NCBI GenBank assembly: GCA_977030845.1
Contig: OZ365110.1
Location: 992,001-1,056,000 of the forward strand
Reading direction: 5' to 3'
Origin: Fimbriosthenelais zetlandica
Lineage: Eukaryota
DNA length: 64,000 bases
The translations under genes and the position numbers were made by a program. The notes under the pieces were generated by a model that had not been told where the DNA came from, searched no databases, and saw only the letters and a list, made by a program, of their open reading frames with translations. Below, one piece after another: positions 13,519 to 26,620 of this stretch (positions are counted from its first letter, which is position 1; the number at the start of each line of letters is the position of its first letter).

Positions 13519-14419
13519 CGTAGTTTGCTCCTTGTCAAGCACAGAAATGGCGGGCTAGGGGGAAAGCAGCCAATGAGATGCGGCGTTATAATGATGAGGG
13601 AGAGGAGGAGCCGAAGGTGGATGTAAGACGCGCGCTGATTGGCTGAACACGGCTCTCATTTACATCCCATAATGGCTACAAGCAGATGGCCCTCCCCAAC
13701 CTCCCAGACACAGAATCAAACTCAATTTCCACGCAAAATAAATATATTTACAACTATATGGAAAGAAGAAGTCGTCGTTCCATTTCTGTTAAATATTTTC
13801 ATCGAATATTCCAGCCCAGAATATGAGTTTAATCGCTTGCGAGACCACAAATCTTCCAACAAACACTCCCAGAATTTCATATATCTGGGGGCCTTCACTC
13901 TTTCGCCTTTATTTTCATATTTTAGTCTTCCATCGTAGTATGGAAGATTTCATAGAAAAGGGAAACATTTTCCCCATGTCTATGCCAATTCTCAACATAT
14001 TTTGAGCCATTTAAATGCGTTAAAATGTGGATTCTTTTTGTCCTTTCTTCATTAGCATTAGGTGGCGCCGTGAGTGGCGAGGTCGGGAACTAATGCGTTG
14101 AGGTCACGTGAAGAGATCATGTGACTTTGTTATGATGGCCGTACTGAAGTAGATCACATGCTGTTGAGTCAAAGATGACATTATGAGAAAACACGGATAG
14201 ATCTATTAATTCACAGCTTTAATTATCAAAATACCGACGGAGAAGGGTAGATGTAAGTTCATTTGTTTAGGATATGCCTCGTTTTATGGAAAATACGCCA
14301 TCGATTTCTCACAGTCGGATCATTTTATGTGTGTTTACACTCTTTGTTTACAAACATCTGATCTTGGATCACGGAAGGAGACCGTATTAAGATTTTAACT
14401 CTTTTGTTTTCCAGTAAAC
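13519..14419. promoter_or_regulatory. Bidirectional promoter region DEK/FLCN
   Basis: Head-to-head ATGs about 900 bp apart. CCAAT boxes on both strands (agccaat about 13569, attggct about 13638), AAATGGCG motif about 13545, FLCN 5' UTR acceptor at 14414. Confidence 0.6.
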
Positions 14420-17400
14420 ATGAATGCCATCATCTCGCTGTGTCACTTCTGTGAGCTGCACGGACCGAGTATTTTATTCTGTACCCAGGCCTTCCACACT
14501 CATGATCCTCAGCAGGTACTGGAGGCAGATTACGGGGGTCTGGATGACGGGGGGATTACGTCACTCCCTGATCAGAGAGATCTGAGATCACCTGGCAGCC
14601 TCGACACCCCCTCCACACCACAGTCTCTCTCATCATTCTCTAAAGTCTCAGACAACTGTGAGGTATGATTCCCAACTATTTAATTATGGGATATATACTC
14701 CTTTTGATTCATATACATGACCTACTCCAGTATTCAATTTGGTATCTTAAATTCTACTCAAAGTTCTGTGCGCTAATAACATTCATATAGGGTTAGATTC
14801 TATAATAATGACCAATATTAATTAATTTAATTTATCTGTATTTTTCTAGGCGTGTCAGAGTTTCCCTCTGGGTCAGCCAGGATTGATCAGTACTGATCAT
14901 GAAGCTAAAGTCAGCTATATCAGCTCCCAGCATCCTCACCACCAACAGGTGTTCTCTATGGTGAGACAGGCCTGCCTGAGGAGCCTCAGCTGTGAGGTGA
15001 GTGTACTATCACCCTCCCCCCCCACCCCCCTACACCCACCACCACCCCCACCCCATATATCACCCCTAGGCCCCACCCCCTCATCCCACTCCACAATCAG
15101 CAAAATTAATATCATAAAAACTCAGAGAGCTATTCATACAATAACTCAGAATTTTTGGGAGCCAAATTTGAGGTCAATTTCATTTGCGCGAGGTCCTATA
15201 TTTTATTATTTTATATTTATATTTTTATCACCAGGTGTGCCCTGGCCGTGAAGGACCTATATTTTTCGGTGACGATCATCGTGGTCATGTGTTCTCTCAC
15301 ACCTTCTTCGTGAAGGACGCTCAGGCTCGGGGCCTCCAGCGCTGGTACAGCATCCTGGTCGTCATGATGGATAAAATATTCCTGTTAAACTCGTGGCCAT
15401 TCCTGGTGGCGCAGACGAGGACTGTGATAGATAAACTACAAGATAAAGCCAAGACGGTGTATGACAGAGAGAACGCCAAGTGTCCACAGAGATCACATAG
15501 ACTCACCATGAGTGTGAATCCATCTAACTTCCTACAGCAGAGAGGGGGAGGAAACAAGCCAGCCAGGTGAGTGGTGGGTGGGGGGGAGGGGGGGGGGGAG
15601 GCAACAAGCCAGCCAGGTGAGTGGTGGGTGGGGGGGGGGGGGAGGTCACATAGACTCACCATGAGTGTGAATCCATCTAACTTCCTACAGCAGAGAGGAG
15701 GAGGAAACAAGCCAGCCAGGTGAGTGGTGGGTGGGGGGGGGGGGAGGTCACATAGACTCACCATGAGTGTGAATCCATCTAACTTCCTACAGCAGAGAGG
15801 AGGAGGAAACAAGCCAGCCAGGTGAGTGGTGGGGGGGGGGGGAGGGGGGGGGGGAGGCAACAAGCCAGCCAGGTGAGTGGTGGGGGGGGGGGGGTGTGGG
15901 GGGGGGGGGGGGGAGGCAACAAGCCAGCCCGGTGAGTGGTGGGGGGGGGGGGGGAGGTCACATAGACTCACCATGAGTGTGAATCCATCTAACTTCCTAC
16001 AGCAGAGAGGAGGAGGCAACAAGCCAGCCAGGTGAGTGGTGGGGGGGGGGGAGGGGGGGGGGGAGGCAACAAGCCAGCCAGGTGAGTGAGGGGGGGGGGG
16101 GGCTTGTGGAGATGGGTAGAAGAAAATTGGTTTTGACATTACGGGATCCCTGATTTCACTGAGATATTTAAGATTTTCAAGATTTTTAAGATTTCTGTTC
16201 ATTACAGGTCGCTGATAGAGCTGACAGATGATAAGATGGTTTTCTGTAAGTTACATCGTTTCTTCACGTGGATTCTCAAGGCGGGAGGGAGTCGTCTATC
16301 AGAGCGTCTACTGGAGGGACCGCCCACTGAGGACTCTATTATAGACTACGAGAAACAAGAAGGTAAAACACAGGCCTCACTAGATCTACTAAAGTAATTA
16401 TCAGCCATGAGAAGTTAAACTGACATTATAGGGTGGAGATTCCTGCCCCCAGAGTATTCCCAGTTCTGATTCTATGGAAGATTTAGATGAACAGATTCTT
16501 TCCTGGCTATATTTGATTAAAATATACAAATTTATACCTGGAGCAGATACACTGTTAAGTAGGCTACAAATTTACTAGAAAAATCATTATATGAGTAGAT
16601 CAATTTGTATCATACTTAGAGAGAAATCAAAATATATAATAAATCATTATCATACATACATGTAGATAGAAAAATGAATCTATATTATCATTGCCCTGGA
16701 TGTAAACTATATCATATCTATATCATCATTGTCTGACTATAAACTGTCTATGTCTGACTATAAACTGTCTATGTCTATGTCGGTAGAGACGGAGGAAGGG
16801 TTCGTTAAGATCTACAGCGTGAAGGATGTGATGGAGGAACGCGTGGAGGAGGGAGATGAGACGACACCTACCGGCCTGGAGGACGGGGGTCCACAGTTTA
16901 CATCTATACGACATCTACTGCGGGTAAGGCGTTAAAGGGGCTCTATCACTGATCAAAACTGAGCATTAAAGTGGCTCTATCACTGATCAAAACTGAGCAT
17001 TAAAGTGGCTCTATCACTGATCAAAACTGAGCATTAAAGCGGCTCTATCACTGATCAAAACTGAGCATTAAAGTGGCTCTATCACTGATCAAAACTGAGC
17101 ATTAAAGTGGCTCTATCACTGATCAATTAACAGTCTGAGTGTTGTGCATTAAAGTGATATCTTGAGGTAAATTTATAATTCATTTTTCTTTGCCTATAGA
17201 TCCTGGGTTACATGGAGTTTAATAAACTAACTCATCACGTGATCATTGGTAACCAGGTGATTATCCGCGGTAACGACCGAGGTCTGGTCCGCTCCCTCAT
17301 CGACAATCTCAAGGTCAGTGCTTGTCATAGACGGCGCTACATGAAGGTCTTATACAATTAAAGTCTCTTTCTTGAGATGACAGAAAGTGAGCTGACTGGA

Positions 17401-19362
17401 CAATAAACAATTATATAGTTAAGGAAATATGATATATTTAAACCTTGTTGTATTGTTACCTTGTTAAAGGTGTTGTTACCTTATTGTTGCAGGTGTTGTT
17501 ACCGCGTGGTTGCTGTCGAGCCATCTATTACAGCTCTCAGTACATTGACTCATGGCGGTGTAATTTTCTCGGCATGCCTCTCAACACGGAGCTGCCTAAA
17601 CATGCCTCTCTGTACGTGACTCTGGACATGAGGGACCCGCGGGATGACGCGGGGCGGGGACCGCCGGATGACGCGGGGCGGGACACGCGGGACCACGCGG
17701 GGCGGGACCACACCACCTCTATAGAGGACGGGGAGGACCCCGGCATGGAGGGAGCGGAGGCCAGCAAGTTTGATCCTGATAAAGACCCGCTACAGTTCTA
17801 CAGCTTCAGTGTCAACTCACCCATGTGTATGCCTGTCAAAGGTGGGTCTCTAACTCACTATAGTTCACTGATTTAGTGTCAACTCACCCATGTGTATGCC
17901 TGTTAAAGGTGAGTCTCTAACTCACTATAGTTCACTGATTTAGTGTCAACTCACCCATGTGTATGCCTGTTAAAGGTAAGTCTCTAACTCACTATAGTTC
18001 ACTGATTTAGTGTCAACTCACCCATGTGTATGCCTGTTAAAGGTAAGTCTCTAACTCACTATAGTTCACTGATTTAGTGTCAACTCACCCATGTGTATGC
18101 CTGTCAAAGGTGGGTCTCTAACTCACTATAGTTCACTGATTTAGTGTCAACTCACCCATGTGTATGCCTGTCAAAGGTGGGTCTCTAACTCACTATAGTT
18201 CACTGATTTAGTGTCAACTCACCCATGTGTATGCCTGTCAAAGGTGGGTCTCTAACTCACTATAGTTCACTGATTTAGTGTCAACTCACCCATGTGTATG
18301 CCTGTTAAAGGTAAGTCTCTAACTCACTATAGTTCACTGATTTAGTGTCAACTCACCCATGTGTATGCCTGTCAAAGGTGGGTCTCTAACTCACTATAGT
18401 TCACTGATTTAGTGTCAACTCACCCATGTGTATGCCTGTCAAAGGTGGGTCTCCACTACAGTCGGTTCACTCTAAGTTGATCAGAAACCACCATACATTT
18501 GAACTGTGGTTTCGGATCAACTTCGATTTGAACAGACATTTTGAACACTATAGTTCACTGATTTAGTGAACCGTTTAGTTTTCCTTTAGTGATTGCTGGA
18601 AATCGCAGTGTTATTGCTTAATAACTTGTCTGTGAAACTAAAAAAACTGAAGGACATATCTACTGTAATACAAGAGAGAACACCTATCTATTCCTCTTGC
18701 TTGTAAATTTTCAGTGCTAAGGCTTAGATAGGTTAACTGTACTGTTAAATGACAAGCATTGGTTGTGACTAGAAATATACTATCGCTCAGCATCGCTTGG
18801 GCAGATCGCCTCTGTGTGGGCCCGACATAACACCTATCACTTTCACTTTCAGCCCCCGCTGTTCTCTGCTCCATCGAGCAGTTCCTCCTGAACGAGCAGC
18901 TCACAGACAGCGTGGTGGACCAGTGTCTCATCTCTCTAAAGGAGGAGTGGATGAAGTGAGTATTCATTATTATATAACAATAAAATGGTAGAAATAAACT
19001 GTTTAAGTTTTAAACTCCTTGACTTTTCTGGTCAATGTGACAAGACAATTTTAACATCAAACGACTTCCACAAACCCCTACAGTCCTCCTTTCATTGATC
19101 TTCATTACATTTCATTTTATCACGGTAATCAAGAATCATCTACCTATCTACTTGTTTTATGTTTTTCAGTAAAGTGAAGGTGTTGTTTAAGTTCACTAAG
19201 GCTGGCGGCAGCAGATCAGATGAGGACACACGGCGTCTACTACAGGTGGTAGAGGCTAACGAGGAGGACAAGGCCGTGCTCAAATTCTGGATGACGGGAC
19301 TGAGTGTACAATACAGAAACCACATGCTCAGCTCAGCTATACACCAAGCTGTCAACAGCTGA
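14420..19362 (+). CDS. FLCN: Folliculin, 9 coding exons, about 590 aa
   Basis: Exons 14420-14662, 14850-14996, 15235-15566, 16208-16362, 16787-16923, 17200-17313, 17493-17841, 18853-18955, 19170-19362. Diagnostic [87 protein letters not shown]. Confidence 0.96.
15490..16095 (+). repeat. Array of FLCN exon 3 donor copies separated by G-runs
   Basis: CAAGCCAGCCAG|GTGAGT at 15567 (functional), 15617, 15720, 15822, 15873, 15932, 16032, 16082; three copies carry about 75 nt of exon. Confidence 0.93.
16933..17125. repeat. 34-bp array, about 6 copies, of a TTAA-anchored transposon-end motif
   Basis: ttaaag(t/c/g)ggctctatcactgatcaaaactgagca; same motif as the MITE terminus at 63346-63369 and the solo end at 41722-41741. 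Confidence 0.85.
17810..18455 (+). repeat. 67-bp array containing the FLCN exon 7 donor, 10 copies
   Basis: Donors at 17842 + n x 67 up to 18445; variants GTGGGT, GTGAGT, GTAAGT. Confidence 0.96.
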
Positions 19363-19500
19363 TAACAAGCTGTCAACAGCTGACACCAGGCTGTCAACAG
19401 CTGATACAGCCATACACCAAGCTGCCAACAGCTGTCAACAGCTTCCACAAGGCTGTCAACAGCTAACAACAAGCTGTCAACACCTGATGGCAGCTGACAG
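19340..19500 (+). repeat. Degenerate repeat spanning the FLCN stop codon
   Basis: caagctgtcaacagctga-like units from the last codons into the 3' UTR. Confidence 0.75.
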
Positions 19501-21344
19501 ATAACTCAACTAAAGCTGATTTCCTTCTGTCAACATCAAAGTCAGCTCAGCTGTCAATGGATGATACATTGAAGCTTCACCAAAAGGGCTGTAAACAGGT
19601 GATTGACACTTGACAGCTTGCAAATGGATAGGTACACTGTCAATCATGGGTGACAGCAAAATATCCCAGTATCATCGCAAGGGATATTGACAGATGTGAC
19701 AGGAGTGACAGTCCAAATGTCAGAATAACTGACACCTTATGTACATACAGTGACGGTTGTACAGAGTGGATGAACGGGTGACAGGTGATTGACAGCTGGC
19801 TGTCACAACGCCTGTCTACTGTCACAAATGACCTTCTGACCTTGAACCTTCTCTCCTCTAGTCATGCCTTAGACCCGAAATATAACTGAATGTTACACAA
19901 CTTACAAACTACAATCGCATGATCAAGTTCAATTGATTGAAATTCAATCGGTCATTAATCTTTCAATGAGGTAGTTCAATCATGGCACTGCATCCTGCAG
20001 TTCTATGCTCAAATCAAGTAACAAAACTCAAAATACACTGCCCTGAAATACCATAGACAAATATGTGATAGTCCTGGAACTAAATATGACAAGTTAAATG
20101 TGTAAGCATTTCAGGTTTTATTATCAAAACCTCATCACCAGTGATAACATATTGTAGAGAGTAAATATAAAGATTAAACATCATTCAGTGATAAAGTATA
20201 CAGACAGGGACAATAACTAGATTATATCAGAGTTTACAGTGATGGCTCAGTGTGGAAACATCGTTACTTGTTCACCAATACTCACTATACTGTAAATAAA
20301 CACTCACTTAACATGCTTGTATATAATAAAGATCAACTTCATATTCACTTCATACGGTAATGTCATCTGTTGTTTAGAATGTATGAGAACCATTTGATAA
20401 ATTAGTCAGACCCCCCCCCCCCCTCTCTCTACTTTCACGTCTCACTCTCCTCTCTCACACTCTCCCCATATACCTCCCCTCTATCTCTATTTCCCTCTCC
20501 TCCTGGTCGCATCCCCCTATCTCTCCTCCCTCTCGCTCCCCTTATCCCCCCACCGGCTCTCGTCTGTCTCCTATACTAAATGGGCAAGGCAACAAGGCAT
20601 ATTCTCTGGTGGAATATTTTCCATAAGTAAAGAGAAATAAGTAACTAATCTATTCTTCTGTATCTATCTATATAACATTAGAATCATAACATTGCTGCAC
20701 AGTTCTGTCATTACTGCTCGACATTATCATACCTCTCCAGTTATATACATTATCATACCTCACCAGTTATATGATATTATATCATACCTCTCCAGTTATA
20801 TGATATTATTCTGAAGTTTTTGAGGTACAAGGCACAAAATGACCAGTACCGGTATCAGAAGCATCGCAACTAGCGACAAATTCCAGGTTACTGTGAATCT
20901 TAATTAAAAATACCCATAGTATATATACATAACAATATTGTATAAAGTATTCTAGTGTGGGACATACACAAGAAAATATTGCTAAGTATTTTGCACCTTG
21001 CAGTATTATATGGAAGCACTATAGAGCCAGCATCCAGAACCAAACTCTGATGGAAAAATATATCATGGAATTAATAATAAATCATGGAATTAATAATAAA
21101 TCTACAATCACAGACTGTGGCAAACCAACCGTGGTTGAAAGTGGCTACACCTCGATACAACCTCACCAAAACATCTGTACACTTTAAAACATTAATTGCT
21201 CATTCATTGTACTAGGACAAGGTTGTATAGTTAGAAGTTTCTTTAAGATGTACAAATAACCTTTGGTGATATATTATATCATGTAATACAAGTAATCTCT
21301 GATGGTAATACTATGTCAGCATGCCACACTTTAGGCCTCTCCAT

Positions 21345-21509
21345 ATTCCCAGATTTTTCCCGATTTACAAAATTTGAATGAATGCCCGGACTTTTCCCGG
21401 CCTAGGTCCAGGAGACACATTGACAAATTCCCGGACTTTTCCGAGTTTTAAACAAATTATAATGAATTCCTGGACTTTCCCGACCTGTGGGACTATGCGG
21501 ACACCCTGT
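21345..21509. mobile_element. Truncated DNA-transposon end (CAGGG terminus, hAT-like) just after the caspase stop
   Basis: Terminus tgcggacaccctg (CAGGGTGTCCGCA reversed) with four subterminal ttcccggacttttcc repeats; no partner end found. Confidence 0.5.
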
Positions 21510-21523
21510 ATGAGCACATATTG

Positions 21524-23849
21524 TTATCGTTTACGGAACTGTAGCGTTTTGAGTAGCATGGAGGAGACGTAGGGCACGACGCGTCGACCCTTGTAGAAGG
21601 CGTCTGCGACTTTAGCTTTATATAGAGGGTCGTGAGCCACCTTGTCTGTGACCAGCGTCAGCAGGTCCTGAAGATCCATGGCGAACCCGTAATTCATGAT
21701 CACTTCATGTAAGGCGATGACGAACCATGATCCAACGTCACCAGTCTTAGCTGCTGAACGGCGGAACGAGTAGTAACCTGAAATTAAATCATGATGAAAA
21801 TATGGAAATATAGTGATTTACTTCTAAATTTGAGAAAACTGTACCGGTACAGTTAATATATTTATTCAAGCACAAGTTCAGTAAGTGGTGCACCAGGCCA
21901 GGGACACAAAGAACAATAGACATGATTCTATGTCTATGAAATAACTCATATTAAGGGGAACGTAATGGAATGAATGAATGAATGAATGAATGAATGAATG
22001 AATGAATGATTGAATGAATGAATGAATGAATAATGAATGGTGATTTAACGCCATGCCAGCTACTAAGGCTATATTCATGGCGAGAACTAACGAAATAGAA
22101 CCATTAATGTTGAATCATTAATCAATGTGGAAAGGGAAATGGCTTATGAGAGACTAATATGGTCCGGAACATGGTAAGGTAGTTAGCATTAAGACTCGAG
22201 AGGCAGGATTAAAGGAGGAGGATTAAGCCGAATTAGCTCGACTAATGGAGGAGTTACCATGGTAACAATGATCAAGGTCATTAAAGGTCAGAACAGTGGA
22301 CGATACAATGAGTACTACTAGTGGTCTTAATTATATCAGTTATAGCTCAATATGATGACATGTAAAGGTAGAAGACAAATAACGGAGCAGAGAAAAACAA
22401 AAATCTGTAAGGCAAAAGAAAATATTTCCAGGTTCTGGTCACTTCAAATTGCTAAGAGAAATTTCAGCACTTTTTGCTGCACAAATTTTGTAGCTAGAGT
22501 GAGGCCAGAGAAGATGACTGACCGGGCGGGGCGGAGTAAGCTATCAGGAAGTCCTTTTTGAGCGGTACGTCAGTGACGCGGCACGGTCCGGGGTCAGAAT
22601 GAGGCTTCTGTACGACGTAATTCTCACCGTCTGTCGTCATCACTTCATCCAGCATCTGACCACGACAAGCCTACAGTAGGGGAAGAGGATAGGTTATAAT
22701 TAGAATTACATGTATTTATGCCATCCCTCGTATTAATTGTGCTTGGTTCCTGATATCAGGAAGGTGGGGAATATTTATTCAACGGTATAGTGGATTTTCC
22801 GGGCCCTATATGATTATAAGCTTACAAACATGTAAGCCCTAAATCGGATTAAAATGTAGGCTCTATATAAGCTTACCAAAATGTAGGCGCAATATGAGCT
22901 TACCTACATGTAGGCCCTTTATAGGCTTACCAACATGTAAGCCCTATATATATATAAGCTTACCAACATGTAGGCCCAATATAGGCCTACATATATAGGC
23001 CTAGGCCTTATATAATACCTGAACCTGAAGCCTACCTGTATGAAGAATAGTTTGGGTTTTCCGGCCATGGTGGGACATTCACTGTCTGACAGCTCGTCCA
23101 TCAACCATTTAGTGAAGATGACTTCATCCTTAGCGTAGATGACGTCAGTCATGACGTCACGCTCCTTGTCAGAGTGACGTGAATGACGTGAGTGACGTGG
23201 GGTGTAGACGCGCTGTTTCTGGTCCAGCAGTTCCTGATCTCCGTGAGTGGAGAAGGCAAACGCCACACAACTGTCATCACTGTGGTCCTCAGACTTATCT
23301 ATAATAATAAATCTATATTTTAATATCTAAACAAACTTTTTTATCTGCCATAAAATCTGATTTCAAAACAGCTTTCCTACCCAATTTAGCTCCCTATAGA
23401 ATACGGGAATAAATACTCCACGGGTAGGAGAGAATGGAGGACACTATTATTTGAACCTGATAGCAACATCTGACATAAAATAAAACATATATCAGATATT
23501 AAATAAAGCGTAGAATGACATTAAGGACTCACATTTAAGCACTGTTTCCCAGATAAAGTTGGCTGTCTTGTCGACATGCGACTCCACTGTGAACCCAAGG
23601 TGGTTGAAAGCCTTGTAATAATACGTGAGGTCATTCTCTGATCCCTTCCTCTCCTTTAACTGCGTCCGTTCATCAAAATGTTTATTAACGAAGATGAAGG
23701 CCTTGCCGACCTTCTTTGACATGTCGTACTCGTGGGTTACTGTGTCTGAGGGCTGGACAGACAGGCTGAACATGTGATCAGTGACGTCATGGAGGGCGCT
23801 ACCCACAGACGGGGGACCACAGTCAGGAGTATCCTCCCCAGACAGTCTC
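21524..23849 (-). CDS. Caspase, effector (caspase-3/7-like), 5' end unresolved
   Basis: Exons 23533-23849, 23036-23298, 22523-22670, 21524-21777 join in phase. They give KAFIFVN..F, RKGSENDL, catalytic STHG, GKPKLFFIQACRG, DFLIAYSAPPGYYSFRR, GSWFV and SMLLKTLQF. An upstream exon with a donor at 25418-25423 exists, but its ATG frame (25487, phase 1) does not match the phase-2 acceptor. Confidence 0.9.
21967..22085. mobile_element. (GAAT)n microsatellite plus short inverted repeat, possible HINE/Helentron-like end
   Basis: (gaat)n followed by tttaaCGCCATgccagctactaaggctatattcATGGCG. The resemblance to mollusc microsatellite-anchored non-autonomous elements is from memory and unverified. Confidence 0.35.
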
Positions 23850-24520
23850 CTACAATAGATAAAACACAGACAGGCTGTAGACAGACAGGTTATAGACAGA
23901 CAGGCTGTAGACAGACAGGCTGAACATGTGATCAGTGACGTCATGGAGGGCGCTACCCACAGACGGGGGACCACAGTCAGGAGTATCCTCCCCAGACAGT
24001 CTCCTATAATACATAAAACACAGACAGGCTGTAGACAGACAGGTTATAGACAGACAGGTTATAGACAGACAGGCTGGCTGAACATGTGGTCAGTGACGTC
24101 ATGGAGGGCGCTACCCACAGACGGGGGACCACAGTCAGGAGTATCCTCCCCAGACAGTCTCCTACAATACATAAAACACAGACAGGCTATAGACAGACAG
24201 GCTATAGACAGACAGGCTATAGACAGACAGGCTATAGACAGACAGGTTATAGACAGACAGGTTATAGACAGACAGGCTGAACATGTGATCAGTGACGTCA
24301 TGGAGGGCGCTACCCACAGACGGGGGACCACAGTCAGGAGTATCCTCCCCAGACAGTCTCCTACAATACATAAAACACAGACAGGCTGTAGACAGACAGG
24401 TTATAGACAGACAGGCTGAACATGTGATCAGTGACGCCATGGAGAGCGCTACCTACAGACGGCGGACCACAGTCAGGAGTATCCTCCCCAGACAGTCTCC
24501 TACAATACATAAAACATAGG
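23755..24520 (-). repeat. Array of 5 caspase exon acceptor copies, each with about 90 nt of exon
   Basis: tatt(g/a)tag|GAGACTGTCTGGGG at 23849 (functional), 24003, 24161, 24360, 24499; spacers are 16-bp gacagacaggctatag-type repeats. Confidence 0.93.
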
Positions 24521-26620
24521 AGCATGCTTCAAAAGGAATATTATCAATGCTAAATCTATGGCTAATATGAATTCAATATTCCTGTACAAAACCACCATTA
24601 GCATGTGCTAAATCTATGGAGAATGCGCTGAAACGGACCTGTGGGGGAACTTAAAACAAAGATAAATAATATTAAATCGATGGGATTTAAGTATTTGCAC
24701 TGGAAGGTGTCCCATGCAGGGGCTTTTTCCAAAGGGAATATTAGCAATGCTAAGTCTGTCTTGTAAACTGACAGGCTAGAAATTAAACTACTAGAGAAGA
24801 GAACTTACTTATTTTTTCTTGCAAACACCTTGAGAAAGCCATCCGTATCTAGAAAAAAGAACAAAAGTTTAAAAAGATAAAAATACTGTTTTTTCAATCA
24901 AAGGAATGTGCAGTTACTTTACAGGTCTCAAATCAGTGCCAAAAAAAGAGAAAAACTACAATAATCATAGACAATGATGTTTTTCTGTCGTCATGGGAGT
25001 ATTAGTAAGTCAGTATATAGCGGTATATAAATAGGACACGTGTGGTTATTGAGGCATAACATCACGGAAATAACCGGGTCTTAATATAGGGGCTACACAA
25101 GCTTATATGATACAGGAAGAGCCTTAAATTACTAATCTATAATTACAGTAAAACCTATAAGGATGGATAGATTTAATTTTACGGGGTTTATTCAATTTTT
25201 TCTTCACCTATATTTTTTGAGAAATTGGAAATACGGTATTAACTTGGAACTGAGTGAGTTTATATAAAAAGATTTTTGTCTGGAAACCTGGAATATCCCC
25301 GGCCTTATTAACTGTGAATTAGCTACATAGTATGTTATGACCTTAAAACATCATCACCTACACTTATCAAGTCTTATGAAGGTATACACACATGGCTGAC
25401 CATAGCAGTATAAGGACACTCACCATCTTGAACCTCGGGGCTGGTGGGTGTTTCCCCCACTCCCTCCTTCATCCCACACTCCGCCATAACTCCACCAAAC
25501 CTGGTAAACTTTGATGAACTTTCCTTTTTGATAATCAGATATTAATGTACGTCTCCTGCACCTATACTGCCCGTGTGGTGTATGTGTGAATGGTGTCAGG
25601 CCGACTTTGACTCTACTTGGGGCTTTCCCCGGAATATTAATAGGCCACAGTACTGCTGTCCTAGTTAAAATATATCATGGCAAGCCAAATGAGATAAATT
25701 TCAAGTTATAATGGAAAGCCAAATGTGACTAAAAGTATATTCTCTATGGAAAGTCAAATGTGACAATTGCACGTTATCTATGGAAAGTCAAAGTTTATTG
25801 ACATATAAATTACATATAAATTACATCTACGAATTCGAAAAAAAATCAAGTAGATTTTAAGGAAATAACTACATATGACACACAAGTCCTCATCACCAGA
25901 ATTATATCAATATAATAATTAATCTATTTAGACACAATATATTCATACCTCACATTTTGGTTTCAATCTCTCCACTATTAATGTCAATCTCTCCAATATT
26001 AATGTCAATCCCTCCAATATTAATGTCAATCTCTCCACTATTAATGTCATATTTCATCCAATAATTGTTAATTAAACCCATACATACAACGACAAAGCAG
26101 GAACATCAAAACAGGATCCATACAAAAATGAAAATCAAAAATTAAATTACAGTTTCAAGTTGTACGGGATATAAAAAAAAACCTGAGTATTTGAGGCAAG
26201 TTTCACAGCCTCGTGACCGGCACCTTGATTGATTGATTTATCATTAATTGATTGATTGATTGGTTGATTGAGGTTATGTGAGGGCTGTGTTACAGATTCT
26301 GCCCACCAGATGTCGTCTACAGGATTGTCGTGGCTGTAGCAGTAAGTACAGTACCTTCACACGGACGTTGATCGCTGAGTATTTCTATAGGCAGACAGTA
26401 AACCTAACATTAAACATTATTCCCGGCATATCTGGACCGCTATCCATCTATTCTAATCCTCTAAAACGACATTATTTGGGTTTGTTTTAGTGTCAAGTTA
26501 TTAAATAAAAAAAAAATTGAAATCAGGACATTTTCAAGTTTCAGTTGAATTCTACCGTCTTCTCCGTGCGTCTAGCAGTGAGAGGGTGGGGGTTGGTGAG
26601 GGGGGGGGGGGGGGTGTTGT

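Noticed and set aside
15321-16202. 293-aa Pro-rich minus-strand ORF
   Set aside because: Antisense reading of the G-run donor array in FLCN intron 3.
16940-17125. Similarity of ctctatcactgat to the tet operator
   Set aside because: Short partial match, better explained by the TTAA-flanked MITE terminus at 63346-63369; no vector sequence nearby.
22820-23010. Degenerate repeats with GTAAGC after caspase exon 3
   Set aside because: They contain donor-like hexamers but no exon-derived sequence, so they were not counted among the junction arrays.
25424-25487. MAECGMKEG... as caspase coding exon 1
   Set aside because: It ends in phase 1, but the next exon needs phase 2 (joining gives a stop), so it is left out of the CDS call.
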